In this document: piece by piece, positions 9,591 through 19,461 of the stretch
How the letters are laid out: every line of letters starts with the position of its first letter
Numbering within the stretch: the first letter of the stretch is position 1
IMG/VR virus record: IMGVR_UViG_3300036790_000345
Length of the DNA: 64,000 nucleotides
Direction: 5' to 3' (one strand)
Origin: an uncultured virus (IMG/VR IMGVR_UViG_3300036790_000345)
Taxonomy: Duplodnaviria > Heunggongvirae > Uroviricota > Caudoviricetes
The notes under the pieces: model-generated
The model's database searches: none
Seen by the model: the letters and a program-made list of their open reading frames with translations, nothing else
Told to the model about the DNA's origin: nothing
Translations under genes and position numbers: made by a program

Positions 9591-11437
9591 CGTGACCTCA
9601 CCCTCTGCTTGCTCAGCTCGTAGGCGCGGATCTCGCCGATGTCGTACAGGTGGGCATTGCCGCGGCGGCCGACGGGCTGCGGGTGCTCCGGGTCGCGCGT
9701 CGAGTTGCGCTGCGCCGCTATGATCGTGCGGGGGATTACCCGGGCCTGGCAGAGTTCGCGCAGGGTTGCCGACCCGGCCGGCCACAACGGGCCGGGACCT
9801 AGGACGTCCGCGACTTTCCCCAGGTCAGGGCCTTGCGTAAGCTCCCCGGCGATGTCCGCGACAACAGAGACGGGGCTCATGCCGCCCACGCAGGGCATGT
9901 CGTGGCGGGGGATGGCGACGGCGCCGGCGGTGGCGAACGCGCGGGCCTCTTCCTCGGTGATGAACGCCACCTGGAACTCGCGCACCGCCGAGCGCGTGAC
10001 GAGCTGGTGGCGTCCCTGGTGGCCGCTCGGCGCCGGGCGGGGATGGTCGTCGCCGACCAGCATCTTCCAGGTCGACTCGCTCGGGTCATGGAAGGCCAGC
10101 AGGCCGAGGTTCTCCCGCGCGTCGGCCCCGGCGCCCGCGCCCGAGGTGGCCTTGACCGACAGGCGCTGGCCGATCTGGCACTGGTTCATGCGGACCTGGC
10201 GGCCGATGAAGCTGATCTCGTCCAGGGCCTCCGACGCGGGGGAGCGCTTCGGCTCGCCCTTGCCGCGGATCGCCCGCCAGAACGCCGCCAGCCGGTTCTG
10301 GGTGGCGTTCAGCTCCTCGGCGAAGATGAAGATCCGGGGGCCGACGTCGCCGGTCACGTTGCCGCGGATGTCGGCCGAGGCCAGGGCGACCTTGTTGCGC
10401 CGGCCCGCTTCCTCGGCGAGCCACTCGCACATGTCGTGGATCTCCGCAGGGGTTCCGGCGTAGGCCACGTTCGGCAGGCCCCGCGCCCACATGTGGGAGA
10501 TCAGCTTGTAGTCGAGGAACACCAGCAGGGCACCGTGATAGGCCATCTGGGCGGCCCACAAACGGGCCAAAGTGGACTTACCGTCGCCGGTGCCCATGGA
10601 TATGCCCTGGTGGGGCGTCTCCACGTCAACGCTGACCTTGACGAGGGCGCTCTTGCGGCCGATGCCGGTGACGATCTCGTGCGGCTTAGCCTTGCGGATC
10701 TCCGGCAGGATGTCGGCGAACGACACCTGCACCGGGGGCGGCTGCGAGCGCAGGAACGTGACCTGGGGCTTGCGGCCCTGCAGTTCCCACTGCGCGTCCG
10801 GGTTCTCGATCGGCAGCTTGGACGTGACGGCCCGCACCACCTCGCCGCGGTCCTTGTCGGCGCCCGTGAACGCGGCAGGCAAGCCGAGCACGACCCGGCT
10901 GTAGTCCGGGGCCACCTCCAGCCGGGTCGGCGGGGCACCGAGGGTGGGGGCGACGGCCACGCGCAGCGGGCGCACGTAGCGGGCGTGGTGCAGGGCCAGC
11001 TCGACTGGGCGCTTGTGCACCGGGTGGTGCCCGAACTGCGCCAGGCGGCGCCCGGTCAGCAGCGCCAGCGCGACTGCGGCGGCGAGCAGGACGGCGGCGA
11101 GCACGGCTGCGGTAACCACGGGCTCAGTCAGCGCGGCCAGTGCCAGCGCGGGGAGCAGGAACGTCGTGCCGCCCCGGATCGCCGCCCGCCGGCGCCGGGG
11201 CCAGTGATGCCAGGACACGGCGTTCCCGGTGACATGGAGTACCCTGGTTGACTTCTTGCTCCAGGTCGCGTTCGTCCGGTGCCGGCCGTCCATCGCATGG
11301 CCGGTCAGCCAGCGGAAGACCATGACGTGGCCGCCGTTGCGCTTACCCCGGCCCGTGACCTCCGTCAGGGCACCGGCAAGCGCCAGCGCGCCGAGCATCG
11401 CCCAGCACGCCAGCAGCAGCAGCCACGCTCCGGTCAT
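9587..11437 (-). CDS. FtsK/SpoIIIE-family TraB-like DNA translocase
   Basis: N-terminal TM segments, Walker A variant MGTGDGKST, Walker B IFIFAEE, GQR motif, C-terminal winged-helix-like end (GRRGNAHLY). Confidence 0.75.
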   Translation of the reverse strand: MTGAWLLLLACWAMLGALALAGALTEVTGRGKRNGGHVMVFRWLTGHAMDGRHRTNATWSKKSTRVLHVTGNAVSWHHWPRRRRAAIRGGTTFLLPALALAALTEPVVTAAVLAAVLLAAAVALALLTGRRLAQFGHHPVHKRPVELALHHARYVRPLRVAVAPTLGAPPTRLEVAPDYSRVVLGLPAAFTGADKDRGEVVRAVTSKLPIENPDAQWELQGRKPQVTFLRSQPPPVQVSFADILPEIRKAKPHEIVTGIGRKSALVKVSVDVETPHQGISMGTGDGKSTLARLWAAQMAYHGALLVFLDYKLISHMWARGLPNVAYAGTPAEIHDMCEWLAEEAGRRNKVALASADIRGNVTGDVGPRIFIFAEELNATQNRLAAFWRAIRGKGEPKRSPASEALDEISFIGRQVRMNQCQIGQRLSVKATSGAGAGADARENLGLLAFHDPSESTWKMLVGDDHPRPAPSGHQGRHQLVTRSAVREFQVAFITEEEARAFATAGAVAIPRHDMPCVGGMSPVSVVADIAGELTQGPDLGKVADVLGPGPLWPAGSATLRELCQARVIPRTIIAAQRNSTRDPEHPQPVGRRGNAHLYDIGEIRAYELSKQRVRSR

Positions 11438-11454
11438 GGTGCGGTGTTCTCCTC

Positions 11455-12249
11455 TCAGGCGGTACGGGAGCGGGAGGAGCGGTCCAGGCGAGCCCAGCGG
11501 CCCTTTTCCCGGGTGCGCTCGCGGGGGACGAACTCGTCAGGGCGGCGGGCGAAGGGCGGCGCGCCATCTTTCGCCGCCGGGACGGGCTGGCTGCGGATTT
11601 CCGGGGCGCGGCGCGCGGGCTGCGGGTGGGAGCGCGCCTCAGCTTTCCGGGCCGCCGTCTCCAGTTCCTGTGCCCGGCCGAAGTCGTGTTCCGAGCGGGC
11701 ACGGGCGGCCTCGTCCCGGTACTGCGAGGTGAGCCGCTCGGTTTCGGTGACGGCCCTGGCCAGCCGCTGCGCCGGGGCGCGCTGCGCGGGCGGGACGAGC
11801 CCGGCCTGCTTCAGCAGGTCCGGCTGGCGGGCAGGCTGGCCGCTCCCCTTGGCGCGGGCGGGCGGGGGCCGCAGGCGCTCGCCGCGCTTCAGCGCCTTCT
11901 CGCGCTCCTTCAGGTCCGGGTTCGTCAGCGGGCCGCTCATCGGCGTGTGCCTGCGCCAGGGCGTTCCGGGCGCGGGTGCCGCGTGCCGCCGGCCCTTGGA
12001 GGCAGGCGCCGCGAGGCCGAGCCTGCGGTGCAGCGACGCGGGCGTGACCTTACGCGCAGCAGGCTTGAGCAGCCGGTCCTGCAGCCGGCGCTTGAATCCC
12101 CGCCGCTTGTGCAGGATGGCCTGGATCTCCTTGTGGGCGGCGACGCGCACCGCGTGAAAGGGCGAGCGCAGGTGCTTGATCGCCGCGTTCATGCGGAGCC
12201 GGTCGGGCCAGCTCAGCCGCTGGTGGGAACCTGAGTTCTGCTTAGCCAT
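11455..12249 (-). CDS. Basic hypothetical protein in transfer operon
   Basis: 264-aa ORF, GAGGAGGA RBS, co-oriented with neighbours. Confidence 0.55.
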   Translation of the reverse strand: MAKQNSGSHQRLSWPDRLRMNAAIKHLRSPFHAVRVAAHKEIQAILHKRRGFKRRLQDRLLKPAARKVTPASLHRRLGLAAPASKGRRHAAPAPGTPWRRHTPMSGPLTNPDLKEREKALKRGERLRPPPARAKGSGQPARQPDLLKQAGLVPPAQRAPAQRLARAVTETERLTSQYRDEAARARSEHDFGRAQELETAARKAEARSHPQPARRAPEIRSQPVPAAKDGAPPFARRPDEFVPRERTREKGRWARLDRSSRSRTA

Positions 12250-14042
12250 GCGGGTGCATCCTCCTCAATCTGTACGGGGTGACGGTCTTCGATCACGGGC
12301 GCGGGCGCGCCGGGCATCGGGATGGCATCGCGCGGGGCCGCGGCCTCAAGCTCGGGCGGCTGCGGCGCCAGCGCGGCCTGCTGGGCGGCCAGCAGTGCCG
12401 GGCCGAGCGGGGCGGGCTTGTAGCCGGGGAGCTTCCACGCGGGCTCCAGGCGCGCCAGCAGCGGGCGCGTGGAGCGGTGCAGCAGGACGGCCTGCCACGG
12501 CTTCAGGGTGCGGATCCGCTCCGGCGGGAACAGCCGCTCCTTGCCCGGCTGGCGGGTCTTGCGCCCGTCCGGGCCGCGGGAATGGTGCCAGGTGTCGCGC
12601 TCCCCGCACACCGCGGACAGGGCCTCGAGCTCGGCGTGGTCGTTGCGGCCGCGCAGGATGAGCTGGACGGTGGCGTTGTCGCGGATGGTCTTCGCCCCGT
12701 GCTCCCCCCACCGGGAGGCGAGTTGCGCCGGGGACTGGACTCCCGTGATGATCGTGATCCCGTGGCCCCCGGCCTCGGCGGACCACTTGTCGATGGGGAC
12801 CGGGCAGGTGATGGCGGGCTCGTCGAGGACCATCGTCAGGGGCGGGTCCAGGCGCATGCCCTCGCAGCGGGACGCCAGCCGCTTGGCCGTCGACCAGATA
12901 TGGGCGGTCATCCAGGCGCAGTAAGGGGCCACGCTGCCGTGCGGCTTGTCGGCCGCGATCAGGTACAGCGTCGCGCCGGAGAGGATGAAGTCGACGGCGT
13001 CGAACTCGGCGTCGCGCGGGCCGGGGCAGGCGACCATTTCCATGAACGGGTCGTCCATCCACGACACCGCGCCCTCGGCCGCCCCGGTGATGCCGTCCAG
13101 GGTTTCCGGGGCGATCGACAGCAGCCCGGCCAGCTTCCCGGCCCATCCCTCTGCCGCGGACGGCAGGCACAGGGCGGCGGCGAACCGCGGGTCAGCCGGG
13201 TTGCGCACCCACGCGGTCACGTGGCGCATGTCCCCGCCAGCGACCGCGGCGGCGTGCATCGCCAGGCGCAGCAATTCGGCGCCGCGCTGATCCCAGTGCG
13301 CGTCCTTCCCCGTCTTGTCGGACGGGGCGGCGTGCATCAGGTAGCCGGCGGACTCGATCGCGATCTGCGGGATATGGCACCCGGTCAGCGGCGACAGCAT
13401 GAAGTTCGTCGGCAGGTCCCCGTCACCGTCCGGGTTGAGCACCCACAGCGGGCCCTTCGCGGCTCTGGCCATCGCGGTGTGCACCCACGTGTCGGTGCGC
13501 GTGGTCGTGGAGATCGCGGCGCCGGGAGCCTCGGCCAGCCACGCGCATTCCGTCCCGGACTTGCCGGTACGGGGGGCGCCGATGAGCAGGATCACGTCCT
13601 CGTGGGAGGCCATCAGGGTGCGCGCCGGGGTGGTGCAGGACGAGCCGAGGCGGATGCCCGCGTCGGCCGCCGGGATCTTCCCGGCCAGCGCCGGGCGCGT
13701 CACCTTCGCCTGCTTGCGGGCCGCCCGGACCGACAGGCTGCCGCCGACCTCGCGCCGGGTGGCGGTCCCCTGGAACTTCCGCCGCTGCCTCGCGGCACGC
13801 TTGCCGCCCGAGCGGCGCTCCCGCAGGCTGTCCCAGCCATCCCGGCCGTACCAGACGGCCACGCCCCCGGCGGCGAAGCCGGTAAAGGGCAGCGGCGCCG
13901 CGTGGGCAAGCTGGAGGATCTCAGCGGCACCGAGGACGACCGCCGGCCTGACGGTGGCCTTCACCACGGCGCGCCGGGCCTTCTCCTTGCGGGCCTTGAC
14001 GAAGCCCTTCGCCGGGGGCTCGGGCTGCTTGCGCTTGATCAC
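12213..14042 (-). CDS. VirD4/TraD/TraG-like type IV coupling protein
   Basis: Walker A GAPRTGKSG, ISTTTRTD, LDPPLTMVLDEPA, GVQSPAQLASRWG..GAKTIRDNA. Confidence 0.85.
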   Translation of the reverse strand: MIKRKQPEPPAKGFVKARKEKARRAVVKATVRPAVVLGAAEILQLAHAAPLPFTGFAAGGVAVWYGRDGWDSLRERRSGGKRAARQRRKFQGTATRREVGGSLSVRAARKQAKVTRPALAGKIPAADAGIRLGSSCTTPARTLMASHEDVILLIGAPRTGKSGTECAWLAEAPGAAISTTTRTDTWVHTAMARAAKGPLWVLNPDGDGDLPTNFMLSPLTGCHIPQIAIESAGYLMHAAPSDKTGKDAHWDQRGAELLRLAMHAAAVAGGDMRHVTAWVRNPADPRFAAALCLPSAAEGWAGKLAGLLSIAPETLDGITGAAEGAVSWMDDPFMEMVACPGPRDAEFDAVDFILSGATLYLIAADKPHGSVAPYCAWMTAHIWSTAKRLASRCEGMRLDPPLTMVLDEPAITCPVPIDKWSAEAGGHGITIITGVQSPAQLASRWGEHGAKTIRDNATVQLILRGRNDHAELEALSAVCGERDTWHHSRGPDGRKTRQPGKERLFPPERIRTLKPWQAVLLHRSTRPLLARLEPAWKLPGYKPAPLGPALLAAQQAALAPQPPELEAAAPRDAIPMPGAPAPVIEDRHPVQIEEDAPAWLSRTQVPTSG

Positions 14043-15935
14043 CGTGACCTCCCTCGTGCCCGCTTCCGTTGCGGCTCACGGGCCTGCGGGGTGCGGTCCG
14101 AGACGCCCGCCTGGGGCGGCCACAGCACCTTCATGGCGATCCCGTGCCGCTCCCAGGCGGTGTCGTCGCCTTTCTGGCAGCGACACGGCTGGCCAGTCAG
14201 GTCATCGCCCGGGTGGTCAGGCTTGGTGTTGGTGTAGAGGCTGCGCCGGTAGTCAAGCTGGTCGCGGCGCTCGCGCTCGCGTGCCAGCCAGTCCGCTTCG
14301 GGCGAGGTGCTCACCGTGACCTCCCGGTCTTGCGCCGGCCGCGCCATGCGTCCCGCACCTCGCGCAGGTCCGACACGGCATAAGCGCGCTGGAAACCTGA
14401 CAGCGGGCGCTCGGTCTCGCGGACCCGGCCGTTCAGGCGGCGGAACTCGGGCGTCTCCTCGCGGATCCGGGTCTTGCGCGCCCGCTCGCCGTAGTCCCCC
14501 AGTGCCCGGCGCGCCCGGTCGAACGCGTCCACTTGCTCGCGGGTGCCGCGCTTGCGGCCGGGGAACCAGGTCACCGGGACCTCCCCGGCGGGCGCGCCCA
14601 CGGGTTGTGCTCGGCCTGCCTCATCGCCTCGGCGGCGCGGGCAGAACGTCCCGGGCCGAGTACCCGGTCAGCGTGCTCGTTGATGCGCTGACGGGATGCG
14701 GTGACCTCGCGCGCCGGGCCGCTGCGGTAGGCGTCCGGGCCGTGCTCCCACGCCGTGGCGCGCAGGCGCCGGGCCTGTTCCTGCGTCAGGCGGTCCAGCC
14801 GCATCCGGCTCAGTGCCTCGTCGCGGCGCCCGTAGACCTCGCGGTCGTCGGCGCGGGGATGGCCCGTGGCCGGGTTGACCCGGTCCCGGTAGAGCGGCAG
14901 CGACGAGCGCAGGCGGCGGGTGGCACGCTCGGCGACGAAGCCCTTCCCGGTCTCGGCGAACCGGCGCCGGCGGTAGTTGCCGACACCCTCGGGGAAGCGG
15001 CGGGACCAGACGGGAATCTTCACCGGGACTCCTCACGTCGCTGCGGCACGGCATCGGTGATGGCCCGCAGGACTGCCTCCGGGTCGCTGGCGCCGTGGAC
15101 GTGGATGTGAAGGTGGTTCGCCGGGGCGGCGACGGCCTGCCGCCGTGCCGCGCCCACGCCGGGGACCACCCGCGCCGTCACCGCCTGCTGAGCCACGGGA
15201 ACGGTCCCGCGCGTCACCGTCCGCAGGCCGTTGCGGCGCAGCACCAGCAGCAGCACCGCGCACGAGGCGGCGGCGACCGCGATCATCGCCACAAGCGCGG
15301 CGGCCAGGATGCTGGCGATCAGCGTGGCGAAGTAGACGCACGCGCCGGCGACGACAGCGAGGAGGGCCAGCGGCGTCCAGTCGGCGCCGTAGGAGACGGT
15401 GACCCTGGCCGGGGCGTGGTGGATGAACTTGGTCATGAGCACCGGGGCCCTTCCGGCGGGTCACGCTGCAGCATCTCGGCGTACTCGTCCTCCGGCCACA
15501 GCCGCGCGCCGAGAGCAGCAAGCCATTCCTCGTCACGCCCGGGCAGCTCGCGCGCGAGGATCTCCGGGTGCCGCACTGTCGGGAAGCCGATCCGGTCAAC
15601 CATCGGGCGCCGGTCGCGGCGGATCACCAGCAGGGCCAAGTGCAGGAACCGCGCCTGCTGGCTGTAACGGGCCCGCCGGCAGAGGCCGCGCAGCCGTCTC
15701 ATGACCGGCCCCCGGCAACCAGCCGCATCCCGTGGCGCCGCGACGGCGGATACCCGGGAGGAGGCCACGACGGTTCCTCTGGCTCGCGGCCCTGGCGGCA
15801 CATCAGGATGTCCTCGATGCCCTGCAGTCGCTCGGCCAGCTCGCGGTGCATCTCGATGAGGCCCCGGTCCAGGGCGTCCATCTGGTCGGCGAGGCTGCCG
15901 GCGTGAGAACGGCCGGACGGTAAGGTGGACGCCAT
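14039..15935 (-). other. Cluster of small, translationally coupled minus-strand genes (14039-14311 region, 14311-14574 region, 14571-15023, 15020-15442 membrane protein, 15699-15935)
   Basis: Consecutive ORFs joined by RBS plus overlapping GTGA stop/start. Confidence 0.55.
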
Positions 15936-16028
15936 CGGAGTCGCAGTCCTTTCGCGAGGGGGATTGGCTCCGCGGCCCGCTCGGCGTCTGCAGCGCTGAG
16001 CGGGCCGTTTTACGTGCGGGGTAGAGGT

Positions 16029-16340
16029 TCACGCGACCGCCCCGGGAGACAGCCCGCGCTCAGCGAACCAGGCGCGGGCTATGTCCTCGATGCTGCCGGC
16101 CTCGCCGGGACGGGCTGAGGCGAGGATCGCGGCAATGAACGACTCGAATGTCGACCACTGGCCGCCGGGCGTGGTGACGGCAGGCAGGTGGCCGGCGTCG
16201 TGCCAGGCACGGATCGTGTCGGGGGAGCGGCCGAGGCGGCGCGCGGCCTGCGGGAACGAGACGAGCCGGTCTGACCGCAGAACCGCAAGATTGCGGACCT
16301 TCGGGCGCTCTGCCCCTGCCACTGCGGCCGGTGCCGTCAT
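16029..16340 (-). CDS. MerR-like/excisionase-type HTH DNA-binding protein
   Basis: VSFPQAARRLGRSPDTIRAWHDAGHLPAVTTPGGQW; GGAGGG RBS. Confidence 0.75.
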   Translation of the reverse strand: MTAPAAVAGAERPKVRNLAVLRSDRLVSFPQAARRLGRSPDTIRAWHDAGHLPAVTTPGGQWSTFESFIAAILASARPGEAGSIEDIARAWFAERGLSPGAVA

Positions 16341-16382
16341 CTGCTCTGACCCTCCGGGGGATTCCGGCGTTTGCGTGCTCTC

Positions 16383-16415
16383 ACGGTAAGCCGCTTGTAT
16401 TGACAAGTCAAGCGG
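16383..16415 (-). promoter_or_regulatory. Housekeeping-sigma promoter for the transfer operon, overlapping an imperfect inverted repeat (candidate GntR operator)
   Basis: Minus strand TTGACT-N17-TACCGT; plus strand CGCTTG...TTGACAAGTCAAGCG. Confidence 0.55.
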
Positions 16416-16416
16416 C

Positions 16417-17220
16417 ATGGCATTACAGGTTGCTGGTCTGTACGATCGGGCCATGGCCAGGGCCGGGTACCCCGCGCACCGGATCACCGACGACCTGCGC
16501 GGGCAAATCATGAGCGGCGAGCTGGTTCCCGGCGCGGACCTGCCCTCGGAGAACACGCTGGCCGGCCAGTACCGCACATCGCGCCCGACCGTGCGCCGCG
16601 CGCTGCTCAGCCTTCAGGCCGAGGGCCTCATCTACAGCAGGCAGGGCAAGGGCTGGTTCGTGCGGCCCAAGCCGCACGTCCGCATGCTGGTGACCGGGTC
16701 GAACTACCGGCGGCACCGCGCTCTCGGCCTGCCGGGCTTCAACGCCCAGGCCCTTGAGCAGGGCATGGCCCCGCGCCAGGACATCACCGAGGTCGGGCGC
16801 GTCGCCGCACCGCCCGGCGTGGCGCAGCGACTGGACGTGGACGAGGGCGCGCTGGTGGTCGTGCGCCGGCGCGTCTTCCGGCTCGACGGCATCCCCGTCG
16901 CGCTCACCGACTCCTACTACCCGCTGCCGTTCGCCGCGGGTACGCCGCTGGAGCAGCCCGGCCCGATCAAGGGCGGCGCCCACGCCGTCATCGAGGACCC
17001 GGACGGCCCGGTCCGGCGCAGCATCGCCTGGTCGGCCGACGACATCACGGCGAGGATGCCTGCGGCAGGCGAGGCTGAGGCACTGGGACTCGGCCAGGGC
17101 GTGCCGGTTTTCCAGATCCTCCGCACGGTTTACGATGCCGATGACCGGCCAGTTGAAGTGCAGGACACCGTGGCCGCCGCCGAGCGGCACGGGTTCCGCT
17201 ACGAGGTTGACATGAGGTGA
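16417..17220 (+). CDS. GntR/HutC-family regulator with UTRA domain (KorSA-like)
   Basis: LPSENTLAGQYRTSRPTVRRAL..L..EGLI..RQGKGWFV plus C-terminal UTRA; divergent from the transfer genes; start may be 16453. Confidence 0.9.
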   Translation: MALQVAGLYDRAMARAGYPAHRITDDLRGQIMSGELVPGADLPSENTLAGQYRTSRPTVRRALLSLQAEGLIYSRQGKGWFVRPKPHVRMLVTGSNYRRHRALGLPGFNAQALEQGMAPRQDITEVGRVAAPPGVAQRLDVDEGALVVVRRRVFRLDGIPVALTDSYYPLPFAAGTPLEQPGPIKGGAHAVIEDPDGPVRRSIAWSADDITARMPAAGEAEALGLGQGVPVFQILRTVYDADDRPVEVQDTVAAAERHGFRYEVDMR

Positions 17221-17226
17221 GGCACC

Positions 17227-18249
17227 TTGGCCGCTCGCTTGCGGATCGGTGCCTGCCTCTCCCTGACCGGGCGCTTCGCCCCGTTCGGCCGGCAGGCCGC
17301 AGCCGGGTTCGAAACGTGGCGGTCGCTGGACGGCACGGCAGACATTCTCATCGAGGACGACGGCAGCGAGCGCAAAGGTGTCGGGCGCGTGCTGCCCGGC
17401 ATCGCCCGGCGGTGCGACCTCCTGCTCGGCCCGTATTCCACGGTCCTCATGCGCGAGGCCGGCCGCCTGGCTGCGGAGCACGGGTGGCTGGCCTGGAATC
17501 ACGGCGGATCCGGTGACGACGTCCAGGCCGCGCACCCGGGTCACGTCGTCTCGGTACTCACCCCGGCCAGCCGGTACGCGGAGCCCTTCCTGCGGCTTAT
17601 TGCCGGGGAGCGGCGCGAGCTGGTCATCGCCGCGGGCGCGGGAAGCTTCGGGCGCCAGGTGGCGGACGGGGCGCACGCCCTCGCCCGCACCCTGGGTATC
17701 CCCGCCGTGCGGGTGAGCATCAGCGACCCGCTGCCAGAGCGGCGGGAGTGGGACCTGCTCAGCGCGGGCGTGTTCGAGGACGACGCCGGCTTCGCCGGCC
17801 GGGCACTGCGGGCATTCAGCCCGCCGCGGCGCGTGTGCGCCATCGCGGCGGGCGTGCGCGAGTTCGGCCGCGCCGTCAGCGACCCGGAGGGCGTCTACGG
17901 AATCGCGCAGTGGTTTCCCGGCGCCGGGGGAGACGCGCAGACAGGCCCGGGCGAGGGCGCGTTCCTGCGCGCCTACGCCGGGCGCGCCCGTGCCGCGCCC
18001 GGCTATCCGGCGGCCCAGGCCGCGGCGGGGGCAGCTATCGCCGCGCACTGCGCGCGGCTGGCGGGAAGCACTGCCCGCGCGGATCTCTGGGACGCGGCGG
18101 CCGGGCTGGTGACCTCGACGCTGTTCGGGGGCTTCCGGGTCGATCCGGTGACAGGCGCGCAGGCCGGCAAGCCGGCAGTGCTGGTGCGATGGTCAGGCGG
18201 CGAACTGGCCTCCGCCGCGGCGGTCAGCCGCAGTGGCCGCCGGCTTTGA
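17227..18249 (+). CDS. Branched-chain amino acid ABC-type substrate-binding-like protein
   Basis: LRIGACLSLTGRFAPFG..IEDDGS..LLLGPYST motif. Confidence 0.7.
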   Translation: MAARLRIGACLSLTGRFAPFGRQAAAGFETWRSLDGTADILIEDDGSERKGVGRVLPGIARRCDLLLGPYSTVLMREAGRLAAEHGWLAWNHGGSGDDVQAAHPGHVVSVLTPASRYAEPFLRLIAGERRELVIAAGAGSFGRQVADGAHALARTLGIPAVRVSISDPLPERREWDLLSAGVFEDDAGFAGRALRAFSPPRRVCAIAAGVREFGRAVSDPEGVYGIAQWFPGAGGDAQTGPGEGAFLRAYAGRARAAPGYPAAQAAAGAAIAAHCARLAGSTARADLWDAAAGLVTSTLFGGFRVDPVTGAQAGKPAVLVRWSGGELASAAAVSRSGRRL

Positions 18250-18760
18250 GCCGGGCCACCACCCTGGCCACGGTGCCCCGGTAGCCCCCGGCCGTCGCCA
18301 GGTCCGTGGCCGGTTCCTGCCAGTACCAGCCGCCGTCCTGGTAGACGAACGTCTCCTCCTCGGAGCCGAGCGAGGACGCCACCCCGGCGACGGAGACGCT
18401 GATTACAGCCGTGTCCCCGGCCAGGACCGGCTTGCCGATCTTGTAGGACAGGTTCTGCTGCGACCCGTAGCACTTCTGGTGCACGGCAACCCACTTGGGC
18501 TGGCGCACGATCGCGCGCACCGAGGCGGACAGGCGCGGGTAGACGGCCGGGTAGTCCCCGGCGGCGTAGAGGGCGAAGAGGGCGGCGGCGGCGGAGCGGG
18601 CCGCGGCGCCCGTGTCCGGGGTTGCTGCCGGGGCCGGGGCGGGTGACGGCGGGCGCGTAGCCGCGGGCACGGCCGGCGCCGATGACGAGGCACCGCATCC
18701 GGCGGCTGCGAGAACCGCGGCCAGGACCGCGGCAGCGGCGGAAGAGCGAGAAATGGTCAT
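18224..18760 (-). CDS. Putative lipoprotein
   Basis: Signal peptide with lipobox LAAAGC. Confidence 0.7.
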   Translation of the reverse strand: MTISRSSAAAAVLAAVLAAAGCGASSSAPAVPAATRPPSPAPAPAATPDTGAAARSAAAALFALYAAGDYPAVYPRLSASVRAIVRQPKWVAVHQKCYGSQQNLSYKIGKPVLAGDTAVISVSVAGVASSLGSEEETFVYQDGGWYWQEPATDLATAGGYRGTVARVVARLKAGGHCG

Positions 18761-18999
18761 GCTCTGTAGGACGCGAACGAAGGCGGCCGGGATGACCGCA
18801 TGCTCACTGACCCCGCAACGGCAGTTGACTTCCCCGTTACCCGGGGGTGACCCTGAGAAGGCCCCCGCCCTCCCCGACCGGGGAAAACCCAGAGGTGCAT
18901 CTGGTGCTCAGGGCGGGGGGCAGCAAGCGGGCGGCGGCCCGGGCACCCTCCCGGCCGCCGCTCGCGAGCACTCGCGACTACCCGGGGAAGAGGGTTACG

Positions 19000-19275
19000 A
19001 TGCGCGACACGGACGACACGGAAAGCACGGAACTGGAATGGTTCAAGTCCAGTCTCAGCTTCTCCAACGGGAACTGCGTTGAGGTGGCCTGGCACAAGTC
19101 CTCGGCCAGCGCGATGAACGGTAACTGCATCGAGGCCGGCGGGGGCACCTGCGGGATGATCCACGTCCGCGACTCGAAGAATCCGGACGGCCCGCAGTTG
19201 CTGTTCACGCTCGCCGAGTGGCGGGCCTTCGTCGGCGGGGCCAAGCTCGGGGACTTTGACAACATCATCTCTTGA
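19000..19275 (+). CDS. DUF397 domain protein (duplicated N-terminal motif)
   Basis: WFKSSLS..NGNCVEVAWHKSS..NGNCIE..VRDSKNPDGPQLLFT..EWRAF. Confidence 0.9.
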   Translation: MRDTDDTESTELEWFKSSLSFSNGNCVEVAWHKSSASAMNGNCIEAGGGTCGMIHVRDSKNPDGPQLLFTLAEWRAFVGGAKLGDFDNIIS

Positions 19276-19461
19276 CTCCGGCTCCCGGCGGAAGGGGGCG
19301 GTCCTCGCGTGGGAGGCGGCGCCTGGCATGCCCCCGGGCCGGGCGCCGCGCCAGTCCGGTACGCTCCTGCCGTGATGTGGATCACCGAACCGGTAGGCGT
19401 GCTCGTCCGGCTGCTGCGGCGCCTGGGCGGGCACGAGTACAGCGTGCGCTAAAATTGCCTG

